Assembly (NCBI GenBank): GCA_964291415.2
Contig: OZ219917.1
Coordinates: 352,001 to 416,000, forward strand
Direction of reading: 5' to 3'
Length of the DNA stretch: 64,000 bases
Source: Alphaproteobacteria bacterium
GTDB taxonomy: Bacteria > Pseudomonadota > Alphaproteobacteria > SP197
The translations under genes and the position numbers were made by a program. Positions 30,102-41,281 of the stretch are shown here, in pieces. The notes under the pieces were generated by a model. That model ran no database searches, was not told the DNA's origin, and worked only from the letters and a program-made list of their open reading frames with translations. How positions within the stretch are numbered: the stretch's first letter is position 1; every line of letters begins with the position of its first letter.

Positions 30102-32093
30102 TCACAGGGACATGGCGAGAGTGCGGGCCTCGAAGATGGCCATGGAGGCGGTGCGTGCGGCGACGGCATCGCCGAGGTTGTGAATTCGCAGATCGTCGTC
30201 GGCGAGTTCGCGGCGCAGGCTGTCTTCCACCGTGTTCGTGGTGGCGAGAACGAGGCTGTCGAAGTCGCGTTCCTCGGTATCTCCTGTGTAGAGGTTCATG
30301 AGCGTGGCGGTGTTGCCTTTCCATGCGCTCAGGGCATGACCGCAGATGACCTCGACACCGAGTTTCCAGAAGCGCTCGCGGGTGGTATCGCCGGTCCGCG
30401 AGAAATCGAGCTGTTCGGCGGCTTTCTCGGACGCCGTCACCACGGTCACCATGTGACGCTCCAGGGCGAGGTGCAGAGCCGTTCCGGAAGCGGGCCACCA
30501 GCCGTTGATGTCGTCGAGGAGGAGAACATTGGTGCCCGGAACCGCCCTGCCTTCAAGAATGTCGTGGACTGTCATGACGTTGTCCTGCTCGACCCCGTCC
30601 AGGCGTTCGACATGCGGAAAGGCACGCTGGAACCCTGTCCGCGTAGGCACCGAGCCTGTCGCAAGGATCACGTCATCCGCCCCGAAGCCGCGGATGTCGT
30701 CGGCCGACATGTCGGTGTTGAGCATGACGCGCACCTGGAGTTTCTCCAACTGGCGGCTGCACCACGTCAGGAACTCGCCGACCTCGCCCCTTTCCGGCTG
30801 ACCCGCCGCAAGGCGGAACTGGCCGCCGAGTTCGGCATCCTTCTCGACCAGCGTGACGCGATGGCCGCGCATGGCCGCCACTCTCGCCGTCTCGAGACCG
30901 GCCGGACCGCCCCCGACGACGAGGACGTGGCGGGGACTGTCGGCCGGTGGTGCGCCGTCGCCATCCCACAGCGTCTCCCGCCCGACCGACGGGTTGACGA
31001 GACAGGAAATCCAGTAGTCGCGCAGGCGCCGGCCGAGGCACAGCTGGTTGCACGAGATGCACGGGCGGATGTCGTCAGCCCGTCCGCTGGCCGCCTTGTT
31101 GGCGAGGTGGGGATCGGCAATCTGGCCGCGAACGATCGAGACCAGGTCGCACTTGCCGGCGGCGAGCGCCTCCTCGGCGCGCTGTGGCGTCTTCACCCGC
31201 GCCTCGGCGGTGACCAGGGCGTGCGTGACCACGTCCTTGATCTCGCCCGCCTCGTCCGGACCAAGGGGCGCGGGGAAATGAAAACTCGGAACGATCTTCG
31301 AGAAATGGTTGAGATAACTGCCTGCCCCGCAGGACAGGTAGTCGCACAGACCGCGCTCGTCGAGCCATGCGAAGATCTCCTGCTTGTCGGCCATGGTCAG
31401 GCCGCCCGGATAGGGCTCGCCACCCGAGACGGTCATGCCGACGATGAAATCCTCTCCGCAAGCCCGTCGGATGCCCTCGACGATGCGCGTCACGAAACGC
31501 AGACGATTCTCCAGGCTGCCGCCCCAGCGGTCGTCGCGGCGGTTGGTGAGAGGCGACCAGAACTGATCGATCAGGCAGGAATAGCCGGCGAAGAGGTCGA
31601 CACCGTCGAAACCGCAGGCCTGGTCGCGTTCCGCCTGCCGGATGAAGGCGTCGACGAGTTCCTCGATCTCCCGGTCCGTCATCACATGGCTGCCCCAGGG
31701 GTCGTGGTGGCTCACCTGGCCCGAGGGAGACCAGTAGGCAGTCCAGGAATTGTCCTGATCGCCGTGGGCGCCGGTGTGGTAGATCTGGTGGCACATGAGA
31801 GTGCCGTGTTCGTGGCAGGCGTCGGTCACCTTGCGGAAATGCGGAATGACCACGTCATCGGCGAGAAAGTTGCCCCGGGTGAGGATGGCCGTCGGGTGCG
31901 GTGGCGACGGCTCGACGACGATCATCGCCGCCCCGCCCCGGGCGCGTTCCCGGTAGTATCCGAAGTGCCTGTCGAGCGGCAGGCCGCCTTCGGACATGTT
32001 GGCGGTATGGGCTCCGAAAACGATGCGGTTCTTCAGCTCGTGCCCGCGCAGCGTCACCGGGCGGAAGACATGGGGAAACGGTGTCTGTGTCAT
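30102..32093 (-). CDS. Old-yellow-enzyme-type flavin oxidoreductase with 4Fe-4S and FAD domains (DCR/TMADH/DgcA-like)
   Basis: LKNRI, ERARGG, DQFWSPLTNRRDD, CISCNQLC and GGGPAGLE motifs. Confidence 0.9.
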   Translation of the reverse strand: MTQTPFPHVFRPVTLRGHELKNRIVFGAHTANMSEGGLPLDRHFGYYRERARGGAAMIVVEPSPPHPTAILTRGNFLADDVVIPHFRKVTDACHEHGTLMCHQIYHTGAHGDQDNSWTAYWSPSGQVSHHDPWGSHVMTDREIEELVDAFIRQAERDQACGFDGVDLFAGYSCLIDQFWSPLTNRRDDRWGGSLENRLRFVTRIVEGIRRACGEDFIVGMTVSGGEPYPGGLTMADKQEIFAWLDERGLCDYLSCGAGSYLNHFSKIVPSFHFPAPLGPDEAGEIKDVVTHALVTAEARVKTPQRAEEALAAGKCDLVSIVRGQIADPHLANKAASGRADDIRPCISCNQLCLGRRLRDYWISCLVNPSVGRETLWDGDGAPPADSPRHVLVVGGGPAGLETARVAAMRGHRVTLVEKDAELGGQFRLAAGQPERGEVGEFLTWCSRQLEKLQVRVMLNTDMSADDIRGFGADDVILATGSVPTRTGFQRAFPHVERLDGVEQDNVMTVHDILEGRAVPGTNVLLLDDINGWWPASGTALHLALERHMVTVVTASEKAAEQLDFSRTGDTTRERFWKLGVEVICGHALSAWKGNTATLMNLYTGDTEERDFDSLVLATTNTVEDSLRRELADDDLRIHNLGDAVAARTASMAIFEARTLAMSL

Positions 32094-32121
32094 GAAAAAT
32101 CCCTGATTACAAGGTGTTGTG

Positions 32122-34161
<2,040 letters not shown>

Positions 34162-34228
34162 GTTGCGTTCACCGGTTCGGGAACCCTACCCTGACGGCTG
34201 CATTCCACATTCTCAACCGGTATTCGCC

Positions 34229-34468
34229 ATGAAAGTGACAATCAAGATCGACTGTAAGCCAGAGGAAGCCCGTGCATTTCTGGGCATGCCGGACATCCGT
34301 CCCCTGCAGGACGAGTTCATGGCCGGACTGAAGGAGCGCATGAACGAAGCACTGTCCCGGTTCGATCCCGAAGCCATGCTGAAGGAATGGACCGGGGCGT
34401 CCGGTGACGGCATGAACCAGATGATGGACATGTGGCGCCACATGCTGAACCCGGCGAAGCGCGACTGA
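34229..34468 (+). CDS. DUF6489-family small protein
   Basis: MKVTIKIDCKPEEARAFLGMPD..PLQ. Confidence 0.8.
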   Translation: MKVTIKIDCKPEEARAFLGMPDIRPLQDEFMAGLKERMNEALSRFDPEAMLKEWTGASGDGMNQMMDMWRHMLNPAKRD

Positions 34469-34475
34469 CACCCGG

Positions 34476-34491
34476 TGTTTCACGTGAAACA
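34476..34491. promoter_or_regulatory. parS centromere site 1
   Basis: Perfect 16-bp TGTTTCACGTGAAACA immediately before mnmE. Confidence 0.95.
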
Positions 34492-35799
34492 GTGACCATC
34501 TTCGCGTTGGCCACGGCCCCTGGCCGGGCCGCCATCGCCGTGATCCGGGTGTCGGGCCCGGCTGCCGGAGAGGCCGTGAGGCACCTCACCGGCAGGGATT
34601 TGCCTGCCGCCCGGCAGGCCGTCCTGCGCCGCCTTCAGGACAGTCGACCGGGAGAGGCGATCGATCAGTCCCTGGTTCTGTGGTTTCCGGCGCCCGAGAC
34701 GGTCACAGGCGAGGATGTGGCGGAATTCCACGTCCATGGCGGACGCGCGGTGGTGTACGGCGTTCTCGATGCCCTTGCATCCGTGCCCGGCCTGCGGCCC
34801 GCCGAACCGGGAGAATTTACCAGGCGGGCCGTGCTGAACGGCAAGATGGACCTCGTGGAGGCGGAGGCGGTAGCGGATCTCGTCGCCGCGGACACGTCAC
34901 GCCAGCGCCATCAGGCTCTCGATCAGCTCCAGGGGTTGCATTCGGCTCTTTATGACGGGTGGCATCAGCGCCTCGTCGACGCCATGGCGCGCCTCGAGGC
35001 CGTGATCGACTTTCCCGACGAGGAATTGCCGGCGGGACTCCTCGATGACAACCGGGCGGCGGTGACCGCCCTCGAAGGGGAAGTTCGTGCCCACCTCGAT
35101 GACGGACGCCGCGGCGAACGGCTGCGCGAAGGTCTCAGTGTCGTCATTCTCGGGGCACCCAATGTCGGCAAGTCGAGTCTTCTCAACGCTCTCGCCGGAC
35201 ATGACGCGGCCATTGTCTCTGCGGAGGAGGGGACGACACGGGACACGGTCGAGGTGACCATGGACATTGCCGGCTTTGCCGTATCCCTCGTCGACACCGC
35301 AGGGTTGCGAGAGGTTCCGCAAGGCGTCGAGGGAGAAGGGATCCGGCGGGCGCTGAAGAGAGCGGAGACGGCCGACCTGACGCTGCTCGTTGCCGATGCC
35401 AGCCGTTGGGACGAGACCTGGCCCCGCATCGAGTCCCACAGCGACGGGAATGCGCTTGTCGTGGCCGGAAAGGCCGACCTCGCCCGTCCTCCCCCGGGTA
35501 TTCCGGGCCTGTCGGCGAAGACCGGAGAGGGGATCGATCATCTCATCGAGACCATGGCGCAACACTTCCGGCTCGCCTGGCAGGGCGCGGCGCTGGCGCC
35601 GTCGCGGACCCGGCACAGGGCTGCTCTTCTCCAGGTCGCAGACGCCCTGGCGCGCTATCGGAACCTGGATGCAGGCGACGTCACGCTGGCAGCCGAGGAC
35701 CTGCGTCTGGCGGCAACGGCACTGGGACGGCTCACCGGCAGGGTGGACGTGGAGGACCTTCTCGACGTGATCTTCTCGGAGTTCTGCATCGGCAAATGA
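34492..35799 (+). CDS. mnmE: tRNA modification GTPase MnmE
   Basis: TIFALAT, TGEDVAEF, GAPNVGKS, GTTRD, DTAG and C-terminal FCIGK. Start is approximate. Confidence 0.97.
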   Translation: MTIFALATAPGRAAIAVIRVSGPAAGEAVRHLTGRDLPAARQAVLRRLQDSRPGEAIDQSLVLWFPAPETVTGEDVAEFHVHGGRAVVYGVLDALASVPGLRPAEPGEFTRRAVLNGKMDLVEAEAVADLVAADTSRQRHQALDQLQGLHSALYDGWHQRLVDAMARLEAVIDFPDEELPAGLLDDNRAAVTALEGEVRAHLDDGRRGERLREGLSVVILGAPNVGKSSLLNALAGHDAAIVSAEEGTTRDTVEVTMDIAGFAVSLVDTAGLREVPQGVEGEGIRRALKRAETADLTLLVADASRWDETWPRIESHSDGNALVVAGKADLARPPPGIPGLSAKTGEGIDHLIETMAQHFRLAWQGAALAPSRTRHRAALLQVADALARYRNLDAGDVTLAAEDLRLAATALGRLTGRVDVEDLLDVIFSEFCIGK

Positions 35800-35805
35800 G
35801 TGTTT

Positions 35806-35950
35806 GGGACTTATATGCTTGACTATGCAGTCAAGCATCGTTTTGACGGTCCATGGCCTTCGGCCACTTTGCCCCGTCCAGACACCCCAATCCCGGAGGC
35901 CAGAATGTTGCGGGCCGCGTTCAGGTCCGCGTTGTCCATGTAGCCGCAAG
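35806..35950 (-). ncRNA. Candidate omegaRNA/reRNA scaffold overlapping the tnpB 3' end
   Basis: Nested stems GACGG/CCGTC (35845-49 / 35874-78) enclose TGGCC-N3-GGCCA (35854-66). A perfect 10-bp hairpin ATGCTTGACT-N4-AGTCAAGCAT lies at 35815-35838. The position is expected for TnpB guide scaffolds; the 5' boundary is a guess. Confidence 0.5.
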
Positions 35951-37034
35951 TTACACAGAGATAGTTCGATTGGGACAATCTGGACCTGCTGTCCACAGTT
36001 CCACACGATGAACACCGTTGGGACGTGTACCGGGAAGGCACCTTGACGACGCTGGTCTTGTACTCAAGGCATTGTCGCAGGATGCCCCAGCCCGTATCCA
36101 GAATCTTCCTGTTGAGACCGCTCTTCTGCCTGACGTTCCTGCCGGGCTTCTCGACGGTCCCCCCGGCCGACTTCGTCATGTTGTCGATCTTCAGATCCTC
36201 GACACAGACGGTGGAATAGTTGTCGGCAATCCTGCGGCTGATCCTGTGGGACCAGTTTTTGCGGACATTGGCTCTCTTGCGTTCGAGCCTCCGGATCCTC
36301 TGCCGGGTCTTCAGTCTGCGCTTCGCTCCCTTGCGCTGTCCGCTTTCCTTGTTCCTGAGACGGTTGATCCTTCTGTCGATGTCTGCGGTGTCGGACTTGT
36401 GGAGGATGTCTTCGTTGCCTTCCAGATCGACACATGCCACTTGACCGACGTTCATGTCGATGCCGATGGCCGTCCCGTCGTCTTGGCGTTCCGGGACATC
36501 GACCTTGTACGTGACGGTGGCATACCACTTGCCGCAGATTTCCTTGAGAACGGCCTTGCACGGAGCATCTCCAGAATACGGGTTTCCGCCCTTTCTGCGA
36601 AGAACCACAGCGCCGATCCTCGGAACGTGAAGCCTGTTCCCCCTGATCCCGATGTTCTCCGGAATCGTGAAGGAAGGCATCGAACCGTATTTCGACTTGA
36701 AATCCGGCCTCTCGCCATGTCCCCTGAAATAGGCGGCCCATGCGTCCGACTGATACTTGAGAACGTACCGGGTCACATTGAACGCATACTGAGAGAGCCA
36801 GTCGACGTCAGCCCGAAGTTTGGTGAATTCCTTTCCAAGAGAGAAGAAAGACGTCGACGGACTGTCGCCACCGTTCTCGACTGCATTCCTGTAGGCAGCA
36901 TTGTGCCTCGCCAGAATCTCGTTCCACACGAAACGGCAGGCACCCGCCTGGGCGGCGAGCCTTCTTGCAGTCGTCCTGTTGCCGGGGAGGACCCGGTAGA
37001 CGATGTTTCGGTGTGCCAAAACCATGTGGTGCAT
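35823..37034 (-). CDS. tnpB: RNA-guided endonuclease TnpB
   Basis: AGACRFVWN, RuvC-I IGIDMNV, RuvC-II VEDL, zinc finger TSQRCSSCG...CVTCG and Ruv[14 protein letters not shown]. All three acidic catalytic residues are present. Confidence 0.96.
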   Translation of the reverse strand: MHHMVLAHRNIVYRVLPGNRTTARRLAAQAGACRFVWNEILARHNAAYRNAVENGGDSPSTSFFSLGKEFTKLRADVDWLSQYAFNVTRYVLKYQSDAWAAYFRGHGERPDFKSKYGSMPSFTIPENIGIRGNRLHVPRIGAVVLRRKGGNPYSGDAPCKAVLKEICGKWYATVTYKVDVPERQDDGTAIGIDMNVGQVACVDLEGNEDILHKSDTADIDRRINRLRNKESGQRKGAKRRLKTRQRIRRLERKRANVRKNWSHRISRRIADNYSTVCVEDLKIDNMTKSAGGTVEKPGRNVRQKSGLNRKILDTGWGILRQCLEYKTSVVKVPSRYTSQRCSSCGTVDSRSRLSQSNYLCVTCGYMDNADLNAARNILASGIGVSGRGKVAEGHGPSKRCLTA

Positions 37035-37089
37035 CTACTCCAAAGCGCTCCCGATGTCGATCTGCGTGGTCAAGTACATGGGTCCCAAG

Positions 37090-37105
37090 TGTTTCACGTG
37101 AAACA
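37090..37105. promoter_or_regulatory. parS centromere site 2
   Basis: Perfect TGTTTCACGTGAAACA upstream of mnmG. Its first 5 nt belong to the target-site duplication. Confidence 0.95.
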
Positions 37106-37145
37106 GCGCTTTGACGCACCGAAGCGCCATCACTACATTCCAGGC

Positions 37146-39008
37146 ATGACGCAGACCTTCGTTCACGATGTCATTGTCATTGGCGGCGGGCATGCCGGTA
37201 CCGAGGCGGCCGCGGCCGCGGCGCGATGTGGCGCTGCGACGCTTCTCGTGACCCTGCGCCGTTCGACCATTGGCGCGATGTCGTGCAATCCCGCCATCGG
37301 TGGTCTCGGCAAGGGGCACCTGGTGCGCGAGATCGATGCCCTGGACGGTGTCATGGGCCTGGCCATCGATCGCTCGGGCATCCAGTTCCGTCTGCTCAAC
37401 GCCAGCAAGGGGCCGGCCGTTCGCGGCCCCAGGGCGCAGGCGGACCGGTCTCTCTATGCGCAGGCGGTCAGGGAACTCCTTGAAAACCAACAGGAACTTG
37501 ACATCCTCGAAGGCGAAGCCTCCGACTTGGTTGTGAACCATGCCGGAGAGATTGCCGGTATCAGGCTTGCCGACGGAAGGCTCTGTCGCGCTCGCGCGGT
37601 GATCCTCACCACCGGAACCTTCCTGCGCGGGATGATTCACATCGGCGACGAGCGCTGGCCGGCGGGGCGGATCGATGATGACGCCGCCGTGGCCCTCGCC
37701 GCGACGCTCGAAAGGCACCGCTTTTCCCTTGGAAGGCTGAAGACGGGCACGCCGCCGCGAATCGATGGGCGGACCATCGACCATGCCGCCCTGGAGGTTC
37801 AGCCCGGAGATGATCCGCCGCAGCCGTTCTCGTGGCTGACCGGCGCCATCACCGTGCCGCAGGTGCCCTGTCATGTGACGGCCACCACCAAGGCCACGCA
37901 CGACGTCATTCGCGCCAACCTGGACCGGGCGCCTGTCTATTCCGGCCGCATCGACGGCGCCGGCCCCCGGTATTGCCCGTCCATCGAGGACAAGGTGGTG
38001 CGGTTTGGCGACCGGGAGAGCCACCGGGTCTTTCTGGAGCCCGAGGGGCTCCGGACCGCGACGGTCTACCCGAACGGCATCTCCACGTCGTTGCCGCGCG
38101 ATGTTCAGGAGGCCTTTATCGCCACGATTCCAGGACTTGCCAGGGCGCGCATCCTGCGTCACGGCTATGCCATCGAGTATGACTACGTCGATCCGCGTCA
38201 GCTCGATCACACGCTGCAGACAAGACGGATTCCAGGCTTGTTCCTGGCCGGCCAGATCAACGGCACCACGGGATACGAGGAGGCGGCGGGTCAGGGGCTG
38301 GTCGCCGGAATCAACGCGGCGCGCTGTGCGGGAGGCCTTCCAGGCGTGCGGTTTGACCGGGCAGAAGCCTACCTGGGCGTCATGATCGACGATCTCGTCA
38401 CAAGGGGGACCGCCGAACCCTACCGCATGTTCACGAGCCGGGCGGAGTATCGTCTCGTTCTGAGGGCCGACAATGCCGATTTGCGTCTTACCGCAAGGGG
38501 CCGCGAGGCCGGGTGTGTCGGAGAGACCCGATGGCGCGTCTTCTTGCGACGCCGACAGGAGGTCGGGGCGGCCATGACGCGGGCTTGCGCGCTGCAGGTC
38601 AGTCCAGACGAAGCGCGCGCCGCAGGGTTCGATGTCAATCGGGATGGCCGTCGGCGAAACCTGTTCGACCTCGCGGCTTCGGCGTCCGGGGACGATCGAC
38701 GACTGCTGGCCCTGTGGCCGGAGATTGCGACGTGGCCCGAGCACGCCATGGACCAGGTGAGAATTGCCGGTCGCTACCGGGGTTACCTGGGTCGCATGGA
38801 GGCGGACATTGCCGCCTTCCGCCGAGACGAGGCCCTCGATCTTCCTCCCGGTCTCGACTACGCCCGCATTGGCGGACTGTCTGCCGAGATGCGCGAGACG
38901 ATGTCAGCCGCCCGCCCGGCCACGCTTGGACAGGCAGCACGGCTTCCCGGGGTGACGCCTGCCGCCCTGCAGGCCCTGCTCCGCCACGTCAGGCGGGATG
39001 CGGCGTGA
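37146..39008 (+). CDS. mnmG: tRNA uridine 5-carboxymethylaminomethyl modification enzyme MnmG (GidA)
   Basis: [30 protein letters not shown] and [13 protein letters not shown] motifs. Confidence 0.98.
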   Translation: MTQTFVHDVIVIGGGHAGTEAAAAAARCGAATLLVTLRRSTIGAMSCNPAIGGLGKGHLVREIDALDGVMGLAIDRSGIQFRLLNASKGPAVRGPRAQADRSLYAQAVRELLENQQELDILEGEASDLVVNHAGEIAGIRLADGRLCRARAVILTTGTFLRGMIHIGDERWPAGRIDDDAAVALAATLERHRFSLGRLKTGTPPRIDGRTIDHAALEVQPGDDPPQPFSWLTGAITVPQVPCHVTATTKATHDVIRANLDRAPVYSGRIDGAGPRYCPSIEDKVVRFGDRESHRVFLEPEGLRTATVYPNGISTSLPRDVQEAFIATIPGLARARILRHGYAIEYDYVDPRQLDHTLQTRRIPGLFLAGQINGTTGYEEAAGQGLVAGINAARCAGGLPGVRFDRAEAYLGVMIDDLVTRGTAEPYRMFTSRAEYRLVLRADNADLRLTARGREAGCVGETRWRVFLRRRQEVGAAMTRACALQVSPDEARAAGFDVNRDGRRRNLFDLAASASGDDRRLLALWPEIATWPEHAMDQVRIAGRYRGYLGRMEADIAAFRRDEALDLPPGLDYARIGGLSAEMRETMSAARPATLGQAARLPGVTPAALQALLRHVRRDAA

Positions 39009-39619
39009 CCCCGGGCGAGGTGTGCCGGCTGCTTGGCGCGTCGCCGGAAACATCCGAGCGCCTTGCCGCCTACGTTGCCGTTCTCGGCGAATGGCAACCG
39101 CGCCTCAAGCTCATCGGCCCCGGCACCGTTGACGAGATATGGTCGCGGCACGTTCTCGATTGCGGGCAGATTGCCCGTTACGTTCCGCCGACGTGCCGAC
39201 GGCTTGTCGATCTCGGGTCCGGCGCTGGCCTCCCCGGCCTGATTCTCGCCATCATGGGGGTTGCCGGAGTCGAGATGGTGGAGCGGGATGAGAGCAAGGC
39301 GGCTTTTCTTCATGCCGCAGCCAACGTCTGTGATGTCGATGTCGGCATTCACCGCATGCGCATCGAGGATTTCCCTCGCGGACCGGCCGATGTCGTGACG
39401 GCCCGTGCCCTGGCTCCCCTCGATGTTCTCCTGCCCGTCACGGCTCCCTTTCTGGGTGAGGGCTCCGTTGCCGTTTTCCCCAAGGGAAGGTCCGTGGACG
39501 AGGAACTGAAATCCGCCGCCCGTCACTGGCACATGTGGTTCTCGCGCCACCGCAGTCTTTCGGATGAGCAATCCAGCATTCTGGTCATCAACAGGATACA
39601 CCATGACTCTCGACCGTGA
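39005..39619 (+). CDS. rsmG: 16S rRNA m7G527 methyltransferase RsmG (GidB)
   Basis: [20 protein letters not shown] and PKG motifs. GTGA-coupled start. Confidence 0.94.
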   Translation: MTPGEVCRLLGASPETSERLAAYVAVLGEWQPRLKLIGPGTVDEIWSRHVLDCGQIARYVPPTCRRLVDLGSGAGLPGLILAIMGVAGVEMVERDESKAAFLHAAANVCDVDVGIHRMRIEDFPRGPADVVTARALAPLDVLLPVTAPFLGEGSVAVFPKGRSVDEELKSAARHWHMWFSRHRSLSDEQSSILVINRIHHDSRP

Positions 39620-40406
39620 CCGCGTGGCGCGGCCCCTGGTAGTGGCCGTGGCCAACCAGAAGGGCGGGGTGGGCAAGACGACCACCGTCATCAACCTTGC
39701 AACCGCCTTTGCCGCCACCGGACACAAGGTTCTCGTCGTCGATGCGGATGCCCAGGGAAATGCCAGCACGGGTCTGGGTTTCGAGCTGTCGGCCAGAACC
39801 GCGACAACGTACGACCTGCTGAACGGGGAGAGCGTGACACCGGCGCCCACCATGATCCCGGGGCTGACCCTCATTCCGGCGACCGCCGATCTTTCCGGCG
39901 CGGATGTCGAGCTGGTTGACGTTCCCGAACGCCAGAGCGTTCTCGCAACGGCGCTTTCCGAGGTGTCGGCCGGACATGAGTTCGTGCTTGTCGATTGTCC
40001 GCCGTCGCTCAGCCTGTTGACGCTCAACGCCCTGGTGGCTGCCGATGAGGTCCTGGTGCCCATGCAGTGCGAGTTCTTTGCCCTGGAAGGTCTGTCGCTC
40101 CTGCTCGACACCATCGAGAGGATTGCCGGCACCCACAATCCGGGACTTCATATCGGCGGGATCGTGCTCACGATGTTCGATCGCCGGAACCGCCTGTCCC
40201 GCGAGGTGGAACGGGATGTACGCCGCGTCATGGGCGATCTCGTCTATCGTACGCTCATTCCGCGCAATGTCAGGGTGAGTGAGGCGCCGTCTCACGGTAA
40301 GCCGGTGATTCTATATGATACTGACTGCGCGGGAACGCGGGCCTACGTGCGCCTGGCAGGTGAATTCCTGCGCCGTCACGCCACGCAATCGAAGAGCGCC
40401 GCATGA
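39603..40406 (+). CDS. parA: Chromosome partitioning ATPase ParA/Soj
   Basis: NQKGGVGKTTT, DCPPSL, PMQCEFFALEG and RNVRVSEAPSHG motifs. Confidence 0.97.
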   Translation: MTLDRDRVARPLVVAVANQKGGVGKTTTVINLATAFAATGHKVLVVDADAQGNASTGLGFELSARTATTYDLLNGESVTPAPTMIPGLTLIPATADLSGADVELVDVPERQSVLATALSEVSAGHEFVLVDCPPSLSLLTLNALVAADEVLVPMQCEFFALEGLSLLLDTIERIAGTHNPGLHIGGIVLTMFDRRNRLSREVERDVRRVMGDLVYRTLIPRNVRVSEAPSHGKPVILYDTDCAGTRAYVRLAGEFLRRHATQSKSAA

Positions 40407-41281
40407 CGAGGCCGAGAAGTCTTGGGCGCGGCCTCGACGCGCTCATCGGAACGCCGGCGAAGGCATCCGCCTCCGGCATGCGCACTGTCTCCATCTTGGA
40501 GCTGAAGCCCGGTCGCTTTCAGCCCCGCACCCGGTTCAACGATCAGGACATCGAAGGCCTCGCCCGGTCCCTGGCGGACAGCGGCATGATGCAGCCCATC
40601 ATCGTCAGGCCCGCTGCCGACGGCATGATGGAGATCGTAGCCGGTGAGAGGCGCTGGCGGGCAGCGCAGCGGGCGCGGCTCCACGATGTGCCGGTTATCG
40701 TCAAGGACATGAGTGACCGCGAGGCTCTGGAGCACGGACTGGTCGAGAACCTGCAACGCGAGGATCTCGGACCGGTCGAGGAGGCGGCCGGCTACCGCCG
40801 TCTCAACGAGGAGTTCGCCCTGACCCAGGAAGACATCGCGGCCCTGGTCGGCAAGAGCAGGGTCCATGTCGCCAACACGCTGCGCCTCCTCCAGCTTCCC
40901 GAGCCCGTGCGCAAGCTGATCAACGAGGGAGAACTCAGCGCAGGCCATGGTCGAGCCTTGCTGGGGGCCCTTCAGCCGGAGGCACTTGCCGCACGCATCC
41001 TGAAGGAAGGACTGTCGGTGCGCGAAACCGAGGCGCTTGTGCGCAATCACCGTCATCGACGGGGTGGTTCAGGACGAACGAAGTCCTTCGATCCCGACAT
41101 CCGGGCACTCGAAAGGCGGCTTGGCGAGGCAACCGGCCTGAAGGTTGCGATCAGTCCGAAGGGTGAAGCAGGGAGGCTGACACTGACCTACCGGACACTT
41201 CAGCAGCTCGACGACATCATTGCCCGTCTCGAACGAGGCGTCATACTGGCAGACAACCGAAAAACAGAGGAGGCATCATGA
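40403..41281 (+). CDS. parB: Chromosome partitioning protein ParB/Spo0J
   Basis: LGRGLDAL, QPR, AGERRWRA, ENLQREDL and HTH GKSRVHVANTLRLL. Confidence 0.97.
   Translation: MTRPRSLGRGLDALIGTPAKASASGMRTVSILELKPGRFQPRTRFNDQDIEGLARSLADSGMMQPIIVRPAADGMMEIVAGERRWRAAQRARLHDVPVIVKDMSDREALEHGLVENLQREDLGPVEEAAGYRRLNEEFALTQEDIAALVGKSRVHVANTLRLLQLPEPVRKLINEGELSAGHGRALLGALQPEALAARILKEGLSVRETEALVRNHRHRRGGSGRTKSFDPDIRALERRLGEATGLKVAISPKGEAGRLTLTYRTLQQLDDIIARLERGVILADNRKTEEAS

Larger units (their letters stand above)
35806..37086 (-). mobile_element. Non-autonomous TIR-bounded element carrying only tnpB (IS1595/ISNwi1-like ends), with an 8-bp target-site duplication
   Basis: Ends GGGACTTATATGCTTGACTATGCAG (35806-35830) and the reverse complement of 37062-37086, GGGACCCATGTACTTGACCACGCAG, share 19/25 positions. 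Flanks are GAGTGTTT (35798-35805) and AAGTGTTT (37087-37094). The element is visibly more AT-rich than its neighbours. Confidence 0.8.

Noticed and set aside
35806-37086. Ordinary IS1341/IS200-IS605 tnpB element
   Set aside because: Terminal inverted repeats and a flanking duplication are present, which that family does not make. No tnpA is present.
36018-37145. N-terminal extension of the 996-aa ORF, suggesting a fused MnmG
   Set aside because: It is the antisense shadow of tnpB. MnmG homology begins at ATG 37146.
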